Positions 53,209 to 63,086 are shown, counted from the first letter of the stretch. The stretch is DNA of 63,086 nt from an uncultured Gammaproteobacteria bacterium (GCA_964491085.1 CAZBFB010000046.1:1-63086), one strand, 5' to 3'. Notes: a model not told the origin generated them from the letters alone. Made by a program: numbers and translations.

Positions 53209-55644
53209 ATGAAATCATATAACCACAAAACAATCGAACCAAAATGGCAAAAACGCTGGGACGAAGCGCAGATTTTTGCCGCTAAAAATTTTGATTCACG
53301 GCCTAAATTTTATGGCTTGATCGAATTTCCGTATCCGTCCGGCGAAGGACTGCATGTGGGGCATCCGCGTTCCTATACAGCCATGGATATTATCGCACGC
53401 CAGCGCCGTATGGCCGGAAATAATGTTTTATATCCAATCGGTTTTGACTCATTCGGCTTGCCCACCGAAAACTATGCCATAAAAACCGGTCGTCCGCCGG
53501 CCGAGATTACGCGAGAGAATATTGCTAACTTTACGCGCCAGTTGAAAAGTATCGGATTTAGTTTTGATTGGTCGCGGGTAGTAATTACGAGTGAGCCAGA
53601 ATATTACCAGTGGACCCAATGGATTTTTTTGCAGTTGTTCAAGCATGGTTTGGCGTATAAAAAGAAACAACCGATTAACTGGTGCTCGTCTTGTAAGATT
53701 GGCTTGGCGAACGAAGAGGTGGTTGATGGTAAATGCGAGCGTTGCGGTACACCGGTGGAACAACGCAATAAAGAACAATGGATGTTGGCAATTACCAAAT
53801 ATGCTGATAAATTATTGGCTGGTTTGGATACGGTTGATTATATTGAGCGCGCCAAAGTCCAGCAACAGAATTGGATCGGCCGAAGCGAAGGCGCGGAAAT
53901 TGAATTTTTGCTTATCGCTCGCGGACCAACGCGGACTGGTACGCGGACCAACGCAGACCAATTTCTGCGTAAGTCAGCGTCAAGTCAGCGTGAGTCTGCG
54001 ACTTTGACTTCAGTCAAAGTATTCACGACGCGACCGGATACATTGTTTGGCGTGACGTATTTGGTATTGGCGCCGGAACATGAATTGATTGCACAACTAC
54101 AAGCGCAAATTTCAAACTGGCCGGAAGTTCAAAACTATATTGAGCAAGTAACAAAGAAATCCGAGCAAGAACGCATGGCCGAAGATCGGCAAAAAACCGG
54201 TATGGAATTAAAAGGAATTATGGCTATCAATCCGGCCAATAACGAAGAAATTCCGGTGTGGGTCGCTGATTATGTATTGGCCAGTTATGGGACCGGCGCG
54301 ATTATGGCCGTACCGCAACATGATGCCCGCGATCGCGAATTCGCGGAAAAATTTAATTTACCGATTGTTGACCGACCGTTAGTTTCGAGTGATGAGATTA
54401 TTCATAAAGTCGGCGGCACAAAAACCGTTAAGTATAAACTTCGCGACTGGGTTTTTTCGCGCCAGCGCTATTGGGGCGAGCCGATTCCGCTGGTTTTTTG
54501 TGAGAGCTGTAAAGATTGGATTCCTTTGCCGGAGGATCAATTGCCGTTGGTATTGCCGGCGGTGGAAAAATATCAGCCCACGGATACGGGTGAATCACCG
54601 TTGGCGGCTATGACGGATTGGGTGAACACAACCTGTCCTCGTTGTAACGGGCCAGCCCGACGCGAAACCGACACCATGCCTAACTGGGCGGGTTCAAGTT
54701 GGTATTACCTTGCATACACCATGCAAGGAATTTCCAATTTCCCCGCTTCGACTCGTCGAAGGCGAGGCGAGCAATTTCCAATTTCTAACTATAAGGAAAT
54801 ATTTAAGTATTGGCTGCCCGTTGATTGGTACAACGGTGGTATGGAGCACACGACGTTGCATTTACTGTATTCTCGTTTTTGGAATGAGTTTTTGTTTGAC
54901 ATCGGCGTAGTGCCGGTATTCGAGCCGTACGCCAAGCGTACTTCGCACGGTATGATTTTGGCGGAGAATGGTGAAAAAATGTCCAAGTCGCGAGGCAATG
55001 TGGTAAATCCTGACACGGTGGTCAAAGAGTTGGGTGCGGACACTTTGCGCGTCTATGAAATGTTTATGGGTCCGTTTGCCGATGCCGTTCCGTGGAGCAC
55101 CAAAGGCATAATTGGCTTGCGCCGCTTTTTGGAACGCGTCTGGCGATTGGGTGCTGTTGTCATTCCCGCGGAGGCGGGAATCCAGGCGGATGATTTTTTG
55201 TTGCATCAAACCATAAAAAAAGTCAGCGCGGATATCGAGGCCATGAAATTCAACACAGCGATTTCCCAGATGATGATTTTGGTGAATGCCTGGACGAAAG
55301 ACGGCGTGTCGTCACGCCCTGCCTGGCTTGATTTTTTAAAATTATTAGCCCCGTTCGCGCCGCACCTGGCGGAAGAATTATGGGAACAAGCCGGTGAGAC
55401 GGGATTTATTTCGCTGGCCGCATGGCCAAAGTATGATCCGGCCAGAATTATCACGGAAACGGTTACGCTCGTGGTGCAGGTGAACGGTAAAGTCAGAGCC
55501 ACCATCATCGTACCGACCGATGTCCCGGAAACGGAATTGATCGCCCGCGCCCGCGCCGAAAAAAATGTTCAGCAGTGGTTGGCAGAACTTGAGCCAAAGA
55601 AAACCGTCGTGATCAAAGGCCGCCTGATAAATTTTGTCGTTTAA
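53209..55644 (+). CDS. leuS: Leucyl-tRNA synthetase (with three in-frame repeat-derived segments)
   Basis: KWQKRW, PYPSGEGLHVGH (HIGH), VFTTRPDTLFGVTY, and KMSKSRGN (KMSKS). The start is taken at ATG 53209. Confidence 0.95.
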   Translation: MKSYNHKTIEPKWQKRWDEAQIFAAKNFDSRPKFYGLIEFPYPSGEGLHVGHPRSYTAMDIIARQRRMAGNNVLYPIGFDSFGLPTENYAIKTGRPPAEITRENIANFTRQLKSIGFSFDWSRVVITSEPEYYQWTQWIFLQLFKHGLAYKKKQPINWCSSCKIGLANEEVVDGKCERCGTPVEQRNKEQWMLAITKYADKLLAGLDTVDYIERAKVQQQNWIGRSEGAEIEFLLIARGPTRTGTRTNADQFLRKSASSQRESATLTSVKVFTTRPDTLFGVTYLVLAPEHELIAQLQAQISNWPEVQNYIEQVTKKSEQERMAEDRQKTGMELKGIMAINPANNEEIPVWVADYVLASYGTGAIMAVPQHDARDREFAEKFNLPIVDRPLVSSDEIIHKVGGTKTVKYKLRDWVFSRQRYWGEPIPLVFCESCKDWIPLPEDQLPLVLPAVEKYQPTDTGESPLAAMTDWVNTTCPRCNGPARRETDTMPNWAGSSWYYLAYTMQGISNFPASTRRRRGEQFPISNYKEIFKYWLPVDWYNGGMEHTTLHLLYSRFWNEFLFDIGVVPVFEPYAKRTSHGMILAENGEKMSKSRGNVVNPDTVVKELGADTLRVYEMFMGPFADAVPWSTKGIIGLRRFLERVWRLGAVVIPAEAGIQADDFLLHQTIKKVSADIEAMKFNTAISQMMILVNAWTKDGVSSRPAWLDFLKLLAPFAPHLAEELWEQAGETGFISLAAWPKYDPARIITETVTLVVQVNGKVRATIIVPTDVPETELIARARAEKNVQQWLAELEPKKTVVIKGRLINFVV
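53917..54000. repeat. Family-E palindromic dimer (84 bp, 28 codons) inside leuS
   Basis: It encodes ARGPTRTGTRTNADQFLRKSASSQRESA between GAEIEF and VFTTRPDT. The same units occur in intergenic DNA. Confidence 0.75.
54729..54785. repeat. Family-C-related element (57 bp, 19 codons) inside leuS
   Basis: aatttccaatttc direct termini flank the palindrome cgcttcgactcgtcgaaggcg. It shares aatttcca/ccaatttcc with 49543-49669. Confidence 0.65.
55158..55185 (+). repeat. Family-A hairpin repeat inside leuS (encodes VIPAEAGIQ)
   Basis: tgtcattcccgcggaggcgggaatccag. It has the same termini as the intergenic copies at 46.1, 48.2 and 49.5 kb. Confidence 0.85.
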
Positions 55645-55683
55645 GTTTTCCACTCTTAAGGTAAGAGGGGATTAAGGGGAGTT

Positions 55684-56571
55684 ATGAATTTACGAAACGA
55701 TATCCAATCGCGTGCCCGAATTGCCGGCTTGACCCCTAATAAACTAAAAGGTCAGCATTTTTTGGTTGACGAACGAATACGAGACCGGGTATTAGCGGCC
55801 GCCATCCCCCACCTAACCTCCCCCTTGAGTACAAGAGGGAGGAAAGAATTAATTTTTCCTCCCTCTTCTCGAGAAGGGGGAGGCCAGGTGGGGGATGTCC
55901 TCGAAATCGGTCCCGGGCTTGGCGTTTTGACGGATGAATTAGTAAAACACGCTCGGCAGGTTGACGCCGTCGATATTGACGAGCAGGAAGTCATGTTTTT
56001 GCGCAAGCGTTATGTTGATAACAAAAATATCACCATTCATCATCAAGACGCCCTCGACTATGCGCCACTCGCCACCGGCTATTCGCTCATATCCAATTTG
56101 CCATACGAAATCACCACGCCGTTTTTGTGGCGCTATCTTTTGGAACTGCCGCTCAATCAGCGCCCGCAACAATTAGTGCTTCTGATTCAAAAAGAAGTGG
56201 CTGATCGCATACTGCAGAACAAGCCGCCGTTTAATCCGTTGGCGTTATTGGTACAATGGTTCGGCGAGGCCAAGCGCGTAATGAATGTTTCGCGTCACGC
56301 CTTTTGGCCCGAGCCGCGCGTTGAGGGAGCGGTGATAAAAATTACTCGTCAGGCCGATCTGGCGGATCCGGGCAAACTATTTGCATTAATCCGCGCCGGT
56401 TTTTCTCACCCCCGCCGTCAACTGGCAGTCAACCTCCGCGCCGCCGGCTACGCTCCCGCTGATATTACCCCTGCCCTCACCAACATCAACCTTCCCACTC
56501 TCGTCCGCGCCGAAGCGCTCGATCTGCCCGCCTGGCAGGCGTTTTCCCACAGTTTACCCGGACGCTCTTGA
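55684..56571 (+). CDS. rsmA: 16S rRNA (adenine1518/1519-N6)-dimethyltransferase RsmA/KsgA carrying an in-frame repeat insertion
   Basis: KGQHFLVD, VLEIGPGLGVLT (SAM motif I), ISNLPYEITTP. 31 extra residues lie between the first two motifs. Confidence 0.88.
   Translation: MNLRNDIQSRARIAGLTPNKLKGQHFLVDERIRDRVLAAAIPHLTSPLSTRGRKELIFPPSSREGGGQVGDVLEIGPGLGVLTDELVKHARQVDAVDIDEQEVMFLRKRYVDNKNITIHHQDALDYAPLATGYSLISNLPYEITTPFLWRYLLELPLNQRPQQLVLLIQKEVADRILQNKPPFNPLALLVQWFGEAKRVMNVSRHAFWPEPRVEGAVIKITRQADLADPGKLFALIRAGFSHPRRQLAVNLRAAGYAPADITPALTNINLPTLVRAEALDLPAWQAFSHSLPGRS
55804..55896. repeat. Family-B palindromic repeat, head-to-head dimer (93 bp) inside rsmA
   Basis: atcccccacctaacctcccccttgagtacaagagggaggaaa / gaattaa / tttttcctccctcttctcgagaagggggaggccaggtgggggat. 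The length is 31 codons. Confidence 0.9.
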
Positions 56572-56596
56572 TAGTGTGTAAACTCTGTGCTAGAGT
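56568..56596 (+). promoter_or_regulatory. Putative promoter: TTGATA, 17-nt spacer, TGc-TAGAGT, at the rsmA stop codon and positioned for a leaderless uvrA transcript
   Basis: Extended -10 ending 7 nt before the ATG at 56604; no SD. Confidence 0.5.
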
Positions 56597-56603
56597 GGAC
56601 GGC

Positions 56604-59420
56604 ATGACTTTGCGTAAAGAGGCCACCACCCTTTCCGTGCGCGGGGCGCGGGTGCATAATTTAAAAAATATTTCGCTTGACCTGCCTAAGGGCAAGTTAA
56701 TCGTGTTCACCGGTTTGTCCGGTTCGGGAAAATCCAGTTTGGCGTTTGATACGATTTATGCCGAAGGTCAGCGGCGTTATGTTGAATCACTGTCGGCGTA
56801 CGCGCGGCAGTTTTTAGGTTTGGCGGACAAACCCGATGTTGATCAAATTGACGGCCTGTCGCCTACGATTGCCATTAACCAAAAAGCCCTATCCGCCAAT
56901 CCGCGTTCCACCGTCGGCACCATTACGGAAATTTACGATTATTTGCGTTTGCTCTATGCGCGGATTGGCCAACCGCACTGTCCCCAGTGCGGCCAGCCGG
57001 TCGTTAAGCAAACCATTGATCAAATCGTTAAGCGAGTATTCGCTGGCGCGAGCGGTAAAGAAGTAATTATTTTGGCGCCGATGGTCCGTAGTCAAAAAGG
57101 CGAACATAAAAAAGTGCTGGAAGTAACCCAGCGCGTCGGTTATGTGCGGGTGCGCATTGATGGCGACATCATGACGCTGGAAGAAGCGCGCGGCCTAACG
57201 CTTGATAAGCAAAAAAAACATTCCGTTGATATTGTGGTGGATCGATTAGAAGCGAGTGCGGGCGAACGCACGCGCCTCACCGAATCATTGGAAGCGGCGC
57301 TGGATTTGGGTAATGGTTTGGTCATGGTGGCGCGCGCTGGCGCGGATGATATGATTTTTTCTCAACACTTTGCTTGTCCCGAGTGCCAAGTGGATTTACC
57401 AGAGCTGTCACCGCGCAGTTTTTCATTCAACTCACCCTATGGCGCTTGTCCGGTTTGTACTGGCTTGGGCACTAAACTCGAAGTTGATCCGGCGCTGATC
57501 GTGCCCAATCGGCGTTTAACCTTGGCCGAGGGCGCTGTTCGTCCTTGGAGTCGTTCGCTGGCGACCGCTGGTTGGCAAATGGACGCGCTGGAGCGCATGG
57601 CGCGAGCGGAGCACATTCCGCTCGATGTGCCCTGGCAAAAATTAACCAAGGCCCAACAAGACGCCGTCCTGTCGGGCACTGGTATCACGGCGGGTATCGA
57701 GTTTGAAGGCGTGATCCCAAATCTTGCCCGGCGCTGGAAAGAAACTGAATCAGATTACACCCGTTCGGAAATTGAAAAGTACATGCGTATTCAAGAGTGT
57801 CCGAGTTGTCGCGGTAAGCGTTTACAGCCAGTGGTGTTGGGCGTTATGGTGGGCGGAAAAAATATTACCGCGGTAACCGCGCTCACGGTGCGCGACAGTC
57901 GCCAGTTTTTTAATGACTTGGCCAAACCAACCTCCACCCTCACTAAACGCGAGCGGGAAATAGCGCGACAAATTTTAAAAGAAATTTCTGCTCGTTTAAC
58001 ATTTTTAGAAAATGTCGGCTTGGCCTATTTGACCGTTGATCGTTCGGCCGCCACGTTATCCGGCGGCGAAGCGCAACGCATCCGCTTAGCCACGCAGATC
58101 GGCTCGGCCTTGACCGGCGTGTTGTATGTGCTGGACGAACCGACGATTGGCTTGCACCAACGGGATAACGCCAAACTGATTGTTACGCTGAAAGAATTGC
58201 GCGACCTTGGCAATACGGTGATCGTAGTAGAGCACGACGAAGAAATGATCGGGACAGCGGATCATGTAGTAGATATTGGTCCGGGCGCAGGCGAGCACGG
58301 CGGAGCTATTGTGGCACAGGGCACGCCAGCCGAAATCAAGCGCAATCCCAAATCTATTACCGGCCGTTATTTGTCCGGCAAAGATTCTGTGCCCATACCC
58401 GAGAGTCGCCGTTTGGGCAGTGGTAAAAATTTAGTGGTCAAGGGCGCCAGCGAACATAATTTGCGTAATTTGGAGGTCGCCATTCCGCTCGGTACATTTA
58501 CCTGTTTGACCGGTGTGTCCGGGTCTGGCAAATCAACCTTAATGATAGATATTATTGCCAAGGCCTTAACGCATACATTTTATCAATCGCGCGCTTTACC
58601 GGGCAAACATAAATCCATTAATGGTATTGAACACATCAACAAAGTAATTCACATTGATCAATCACCAATCGGTCGTACTCCGCGTTCCAATCCGGCGACG
58701 TATACGGGAATTTTTACCGGTATTCGTGATTTGTTCACGCAAGTGCCCGAAGCAAAAATTCGCGGCTATAAAGCCGGGCGGTTTTCTTTCAATGTTAAAG
58801 GCGGGCGGTGTGAGGCCTGCGCCGGTGATGGTTTGGTGCGCATTGAAATGCAATTTTTGCCAGATGTGTACGTTGAATGTGAAGTGTGCCGGGGTCAACG
58901 TTATAACAAAGAGGCGCTCGAAATTCATTATCGCGGTAAAAATATTGCGGAAGTGTTGAACCTGACCGTGGAAGACGGTTGTGATTTTTTTGCCAAGATT
59001 CCGGCGCTCTACGATAAGCTGGCCGTGTTGGCCGAGGTTGGTTTGGGTTATATGAAACTTGGGCAATCTGCCACTACCTTATCCGGCGGTGAAGCTCAAC
59101 GCATAAAGTTGGCGACGGAATTATCGCGCCGAGCGACTGGTCGGACGATGTATTTGCTTGATGAACCAACCACTGGTTTGCATTTTGCCGATGTGCGGCG
59201 CTTGCTGGGTGTTTTGCAAAAATTAGTGGACAAGGGCAACACGGTGCTCGTGATTGAGCATAATCTGGATGTGATTAAGTGCGCTGATTGGTTGATTGAT
59301 TTGGGTCCAGAGGGAGGAGAGGATGGCGGTCAAATTATGGCCGAAGGCACACCCGAACAAGTGGCGCGCGTTACAAAAAGTTACACCGGGCAGTATCTCA
59401 AAGCGATTCTGAAAAAATAA
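56604..59420 (+). CDS. uvrA: Excinuclease ABC subunit A
   Basis: RGARVHNLKNISLDLPKGKLIVFTGLSGSGKSSLAFDTIYAEGQRRY, zinc-finger Cys pairs, and two ABC signatures (LSGGEAQR x2). Confidence 0.95.
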   Translation: MTLRKEATTLSVRGARVHNLKNISLDLPKGKLIVFTGLSGSGKSSLAFDTIYAEGQRRYVESLSAYARQFLGLADKPDVDQIDGLSPTIAINQKALSANPRSTVGTITEIYDYLRLLYARIGQPHCPQCGQPVVKQTIDQIVKRVFAGASGKEVIILAPMVRSQKGEHKKVLEVTQRVGYVRVRIDGDIMTLEEARGLTLDKQKKHSVDIVVDRLEASAGERTRLTESLEAALDLGNGLVMVARAGADDMIFSQHFACPECQVDLPELSPRSFSFNSPYGACPVCTGLGTKLEVDPALIVPNRRLTLAEGAVRPWSRSLATAGWQMDALERMARAEHIPLDVPWQKLTKAQQDAVLSGTGITAGIEFEGVIPNLARRWKETESDYTRSEIEKYMRIQECPSCRGKRLQPVVLGVMVGGKNITAVTALTVRDSRQFFNDLAKPTSTLTKREREIARQILKEISARLTFLENVGLAYLTVDRSAATLSGGEAQRIRLATQIGSALTGVLYVLDEPTIGLHQRDNAKLIVTLKELRDLGNTVIVVEHDEEMIGTADHVVDIGPGAGEHGGAIVAQGTPAEIKRNPKSITGRYLSGKDSVPIPESRRLGSGKNLVVKGASEHNLRNLEVAIPLGTFTCLTGVSGSGKSTLMIDIIAKALTHTFYQSRALPGKHKSINGIEHINKVIHIDQSPIGRTPRSNPATYTGIFTGIRDLFTQVPEAKIRGYKAGRFSFNVKGGRCEACAGDGLVRIEMQFLPDVYVECEVCRGQRYNKEALEIHYRGKNIAEVLNLTVEDGCDFFAKIPALYDKLAVLAEVGLGYMKLGQSATTLSGGEAQRIKLATELSRRATGRTMYLLDEPTTGLHFADVRRLLGVLQKLVDKGNTVLVIEHNLDVIKCADWLIDLGPEGGEDGGQIMAEGTPEQVARVTKSYTGQYLKAILKK

Positions 59421-59508
59421 GCGGAGCGTTGTATCCAGCTATCTGTCCGCCGGTCGGCTTGGCCGTTTTTTGTTTGGCAGGGGTGTCGGCGCGTGCTATG
59501 CTATAATC

Positions 59509-60465
59509 ATGAAACACCCGGTTGATCAGGCCATAATTCGCACGATTGTGTGGTTTGATTTGTTTGATTTCCCGCTTTTGCCGCTGGAAGTCGGCCGATT
59601 GTTATATGGCGGCCCGGCGCATGTTACCAGCGAACAGGTGTTTACACGGCTGGAGCAGAGTCCCTATCTCCAGCGCCATTTGGAAACGACAGACGGATTT
59701 TATCATCGGCGCGGTCGGGGGAGCATTGTGGCCATCCGTAATCAGCGTTACGCCACCACCAAGCGGCATCGCGAGCAGTGGCGTTTTCGGTTAGCGCTTA
59801 ATCTGTTGCGTTGCGCGCCATTTGTGCGATTTGTGGCTCTAGGTAATTCCGCGGCCTATGGCAACGCGCGCGCTTCGAGCGATCTTGATTTATTTATTGT
59901 TGTGCAAGACGGCTCGCTCTACACCGCGCGTTGGTTTATTACCGCGCTCTTTCAGGCGATCGGTATTCGTCGTCATGATCGGCGAGTGGCTGGTCGCGCG
60001 TGCTTGTCATTTTATGTCACTGAAACCGGTGCGGCTTTGTCGCCGTTATTATTGCCCGGCCAAGATCCATATTTTACCTTTTGGGCTGGTTTGCTGTGGC
60101 CATTATTTGACGCTGGCGGTCAAGCCCAGGTCAAGCGTTTAAACAATTGGCTGGGTGCGATTTTTCCGACCGAGCTGTTTGTGTGGTCATGGTCACCTGA
60201 TTTATTGACGGACTCGCGCGTTTCGCGTTTTATTCGTACTAGTTTGGAATATATTTTATCAGCTCCGCGCGCGCATACCTGGCTCGAGCGAATCAGCGAA
60301 CGCGTTCAGCAGTGGAAAATGAAACGTCATCCGTGCGCGCGGGCGCGCCAGCCGAATGCGTCGGTGGTGATATCATCAACCGTGTTGAAATTTCACGAAG
60401 ACGACCGCCGCCATGAACTCCGCCGTCGTTTTTTCTCCCAACTCCGCCGCTACGGCGCGGTGTGA
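59509..60465 (+). CDS. Hypothetical protein with a nucleotidyltransferase-fold-like motif
   Basis: GNSAAYGNARASSDLDLFIV resembles the G[SG]-x9-13-DxD NTase signature. The start is uncertain: TTG 59470, ATG 59509 or a downstream GTG. A TGcTATAAT extended -10 sits at 59499-59507. Confidence 0.5.
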   Translation: MKHPVDQAIIRTIVWFDLFDFPLLPLEVGRLLYGGPAHVTSEQVFTRLEQSPYLQRHLETTDGFYHRRGRGSIVAIRNQRYATTKRHREQWRFRLALNLLRCAPFVRFVALGNSAAYGNARASSDLDLFIVVQDGSLYTARWFITALFQAIGIRRHDRRVAGRACLSFYVTETGAALSPLLLPGQDPYFTFWAGLLWPLFDAGGQAQVKRLNNWLGAIFPTELFVWSWSPDLLTDSRVSRFIRTSLEYILSAPRAHTWLERISERVQQWKMKRHPCARARQPNASVVISSTVLKFHEDDRRHELRRRFFSQLRRYGAV

Positions 60466-60478
60466 TCAAATAGTAACA

Positions 60479-60533
60479 CGTAATCCGTCCGCCTCGGATC
60501 GACCGAGTCGAGACGGGTAACTCGTAACTGGTA
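60479..60533 (+). repeat. Family-F repeat, copy 1
   Basis: cgtaatccgtccgcctcggatcgaccgagtcgagacgggtaa (42 nt) is the perfect reverse complement of 62964..63005. Confidence 0.9.
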
Positions 60534-60550
60534 CAATAGCAACATTCATT

Positions 60551-60596
60551 TTTTCCTCCCTCTTCACCAGAAGGGGGAGGATTTAAGGTGGGGGAT
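60551..60596 (+). repeat. Family-B palindromic repeat, short form
   Basis: ttttcctccctcttcaccagaagggggaggatttaaggtgggggat. Confidence 0.85.
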
Positions 60597-60600
60597 TTTT

Positions 60601-60636
60601 CTGCGACAGTCGGCGTTAAGTCGGCATCAGTCCGCG
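60601..60636 (+). repeat. Family-E repeat, followed by the small hairpin cccacccca-gt-ggggtggg (60637-60655)
   Basis: ctgcgacagtcggcgttaagtcggcatcagtccgcg. It is roughly 80% similar to the reverse complement of 62699-62736. Confidence 0.6.
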
Positions 60637-60657
60637 CCCACCCCAGTGGGGTGGGAC

Positions 60658-60686
60658 TTGACAGGGAGTTTTTTATCGCTTAAACT
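60658..60686 (+). promoter_or_regulatory. groESL promoter: TTGACA, 17-nt spacer, TAAACT
   Basis: Consensus -35, 17-nt spacer, and the CIRCE operator immediately downstream. Confidence 0.6.
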
Positions 60687-60699
60687 GATTTTGATAGAG

Positions 60700-60726
60700 C
60701 TAGCACTCGACTGTCGCGAGTGCTAA
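60700..60726. promoter_or_regulatory. CIRCE operator (HrcA binding site)
   Basis: CTAGCACTC-gactgtcgc-GAGTGCTAA versus the consensus TTAGCACTC-N9-GAGTGCTAA, upstream of groES. Confidence 0.88.
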
Positions 60727-60765
60727 AAGTGGCTATTTAGTATTAGTTTTAATGTATTTAGGGCT

Positions 60766-62683
<1,918 letters not shown>

Positions 62684-62698
62684 TGCGCGAAGCGCATT

Positions 62699-62736
62699 CG
62701 CTGACTAACGCTGACTTTACGCAGACGGTCGCGGAC
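62699..62736 (-). repeat. Family-E repeat, preceded by the hairpin aatgcgc-gaa-gcgcatt at the groEL stop
   Basis: cgctgactaacgctgactttacgcagacggtcgcggac. Confidence 0.6.
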
Positions 62737-62754
62737 AAATATTCCGAACCAAAC

Positions 62755-62786
62755 AAAAAAAGAGCCCGGGGTCGGGCTCTTTTTTG
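62755..62786. terminator. Rho-independent (bidirectional-type) terminator of groESL
   Basis: aaaaaa-agagcccg-gggt-cgggctct-tttttg. The 8-bp GC-rich stem is flanked by A and T runs. Confidence 0.8.
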
Positions 62787-62815
62787 TTATTCTTCGAGTA
62801 GTGTTGAGAAATTTG

Positions 62816-62940
62816 TTTCCTCCCTCTTGTAATCAGGGGGTCGAGCGGTGGAAAGCAGGCAAACTGCTTTGCCTGCGAACCGCGAGACGGGCTTGGTGAT
62901 GTCGCAGACCGCGAAGCCCCGGGACGGTGAGGTGGGGGAC
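62816..62940 (+). repeat. Family-B repeat, long form, with an 86-nt core (mate of 5319..5446)
   Basis: tttcctccctcttgtaatcaggggg-[core]-gtgaggtgggggac. The core is the reverse complement of 5334-5419. Confidence 0.9.
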
Positions 62941-62943
62941 AAT

Positions 62944-63005
62944 TACGAGTTACCAGTTACAGTTTACCCGTCTCGACTCGGTCGATCCGAGGCGGACGGA
63001 TTACG
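62944..63005 (-). repeat. Family-F repeat, copy 2 (inverted relative to 60479..60533)
   Basis: The last 42 nt (62964-63005) are the perfect reverse complement of 60479-60520. Confidence 0.9.
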
Positions 63006-63018
63006 CCCCAAGCATAGC

Positions 63019-63047
63019 TTGACTTTTCCACACCCGTCTGCTATAGT
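63019..63047 (+). promoter_or_regulatory. Putative promoter: TTGACT, 17-nt spacer, TGc-TATAGT, firing toward the window edge
   Basis: Near-consensus hexamers with an extended -10. The downstream gene lies outside the window. Confidence 0.5.
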
Positions 63048-63086
63048 GTTTTATAAGTTTGTACTTCGAAAACTAACCTACAAAAA

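Noticed and set aside
59499-59507. TGcTATAAT extended -10 as the promoter for a leaderless start at ATG 59509
   Set aside because: The ATG is only 1 nt past the -10 hexamer, too close for a transcript that includes it. The -35 at 17-nt spacing (agggtg) is also poor. The element may still be a promoter for a downstream start, but this cannot be resolved here.

Overview
This is a bacterial window that uses the standard genetic code, with TGA as a stop. No rRNA, tRNA or CRISPR array was recognised. About 57 protein genes are present, nearly all on the + strand and tightly packed. Housekeeping genes flank the window: a comM tail, an SDR epimerase, a PfkB kinase, an LhgO-like oxidase and ahcY on the left; sufCB(D)S-sufU-DUF59, an Fn3/poly-Thr surface protein, a LysM-M23 peptidase, leuS, rsmA, uvrA and groES-groEL on the right. 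Between them lies a roughly 40-kb glycan-biosynthesis locus (5.4-45.2 kb). It encodes a Wzx-like flippase and a GtrB/ArnC-like polyprenyl-phosphate GT2, plus two gmd copies, rmlC and rfbF. It also has two tandem modules, each a 4,6-dehydratase followed by a DegT-family enzyme carrying His in place of the catalytic Lys. It further encodes many SDR enzymes, eleven GT2/GT4 transferases including the GtrB/ArnC-like one, and tailoring enzymes: a PIG-L deacetylase, an N-formyltransferase, three methyltransferases and a 2OG-Fe(II) oxygenase. The locus ends in an 8.3-kb block of four large uncharacterised membrane proteins, three of them GT-C/AftD-like paralogs. The most unusual feature is a dense set of small palindromic (MITE-like) repeat families. 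They are nested within one another in intergenic DNA. They also sit in frame inside coding genes: a 93-bp dimer in rsmA, a 96-bp dimer in the kinase, and three different families in leuS. Other notable points are a roughly 60% GC three-gene island with strong Shine-Dalgarno sites inside an otherwise SD-poor, roughly 42% GC context, and sufD interrupted at a T7 run. There is also an internally deleted SDR pseudogene, perfect 42-bp inverted repeats bracketing groESL, a CIRCE operator, and apparently leaderless extended -10 promoters. The small, SD-poor, repeat-laden gene organisation suggests an uncultivated small-genome (CPR/Patescibacteria-like) lineage, but this cannot be proven from the window.
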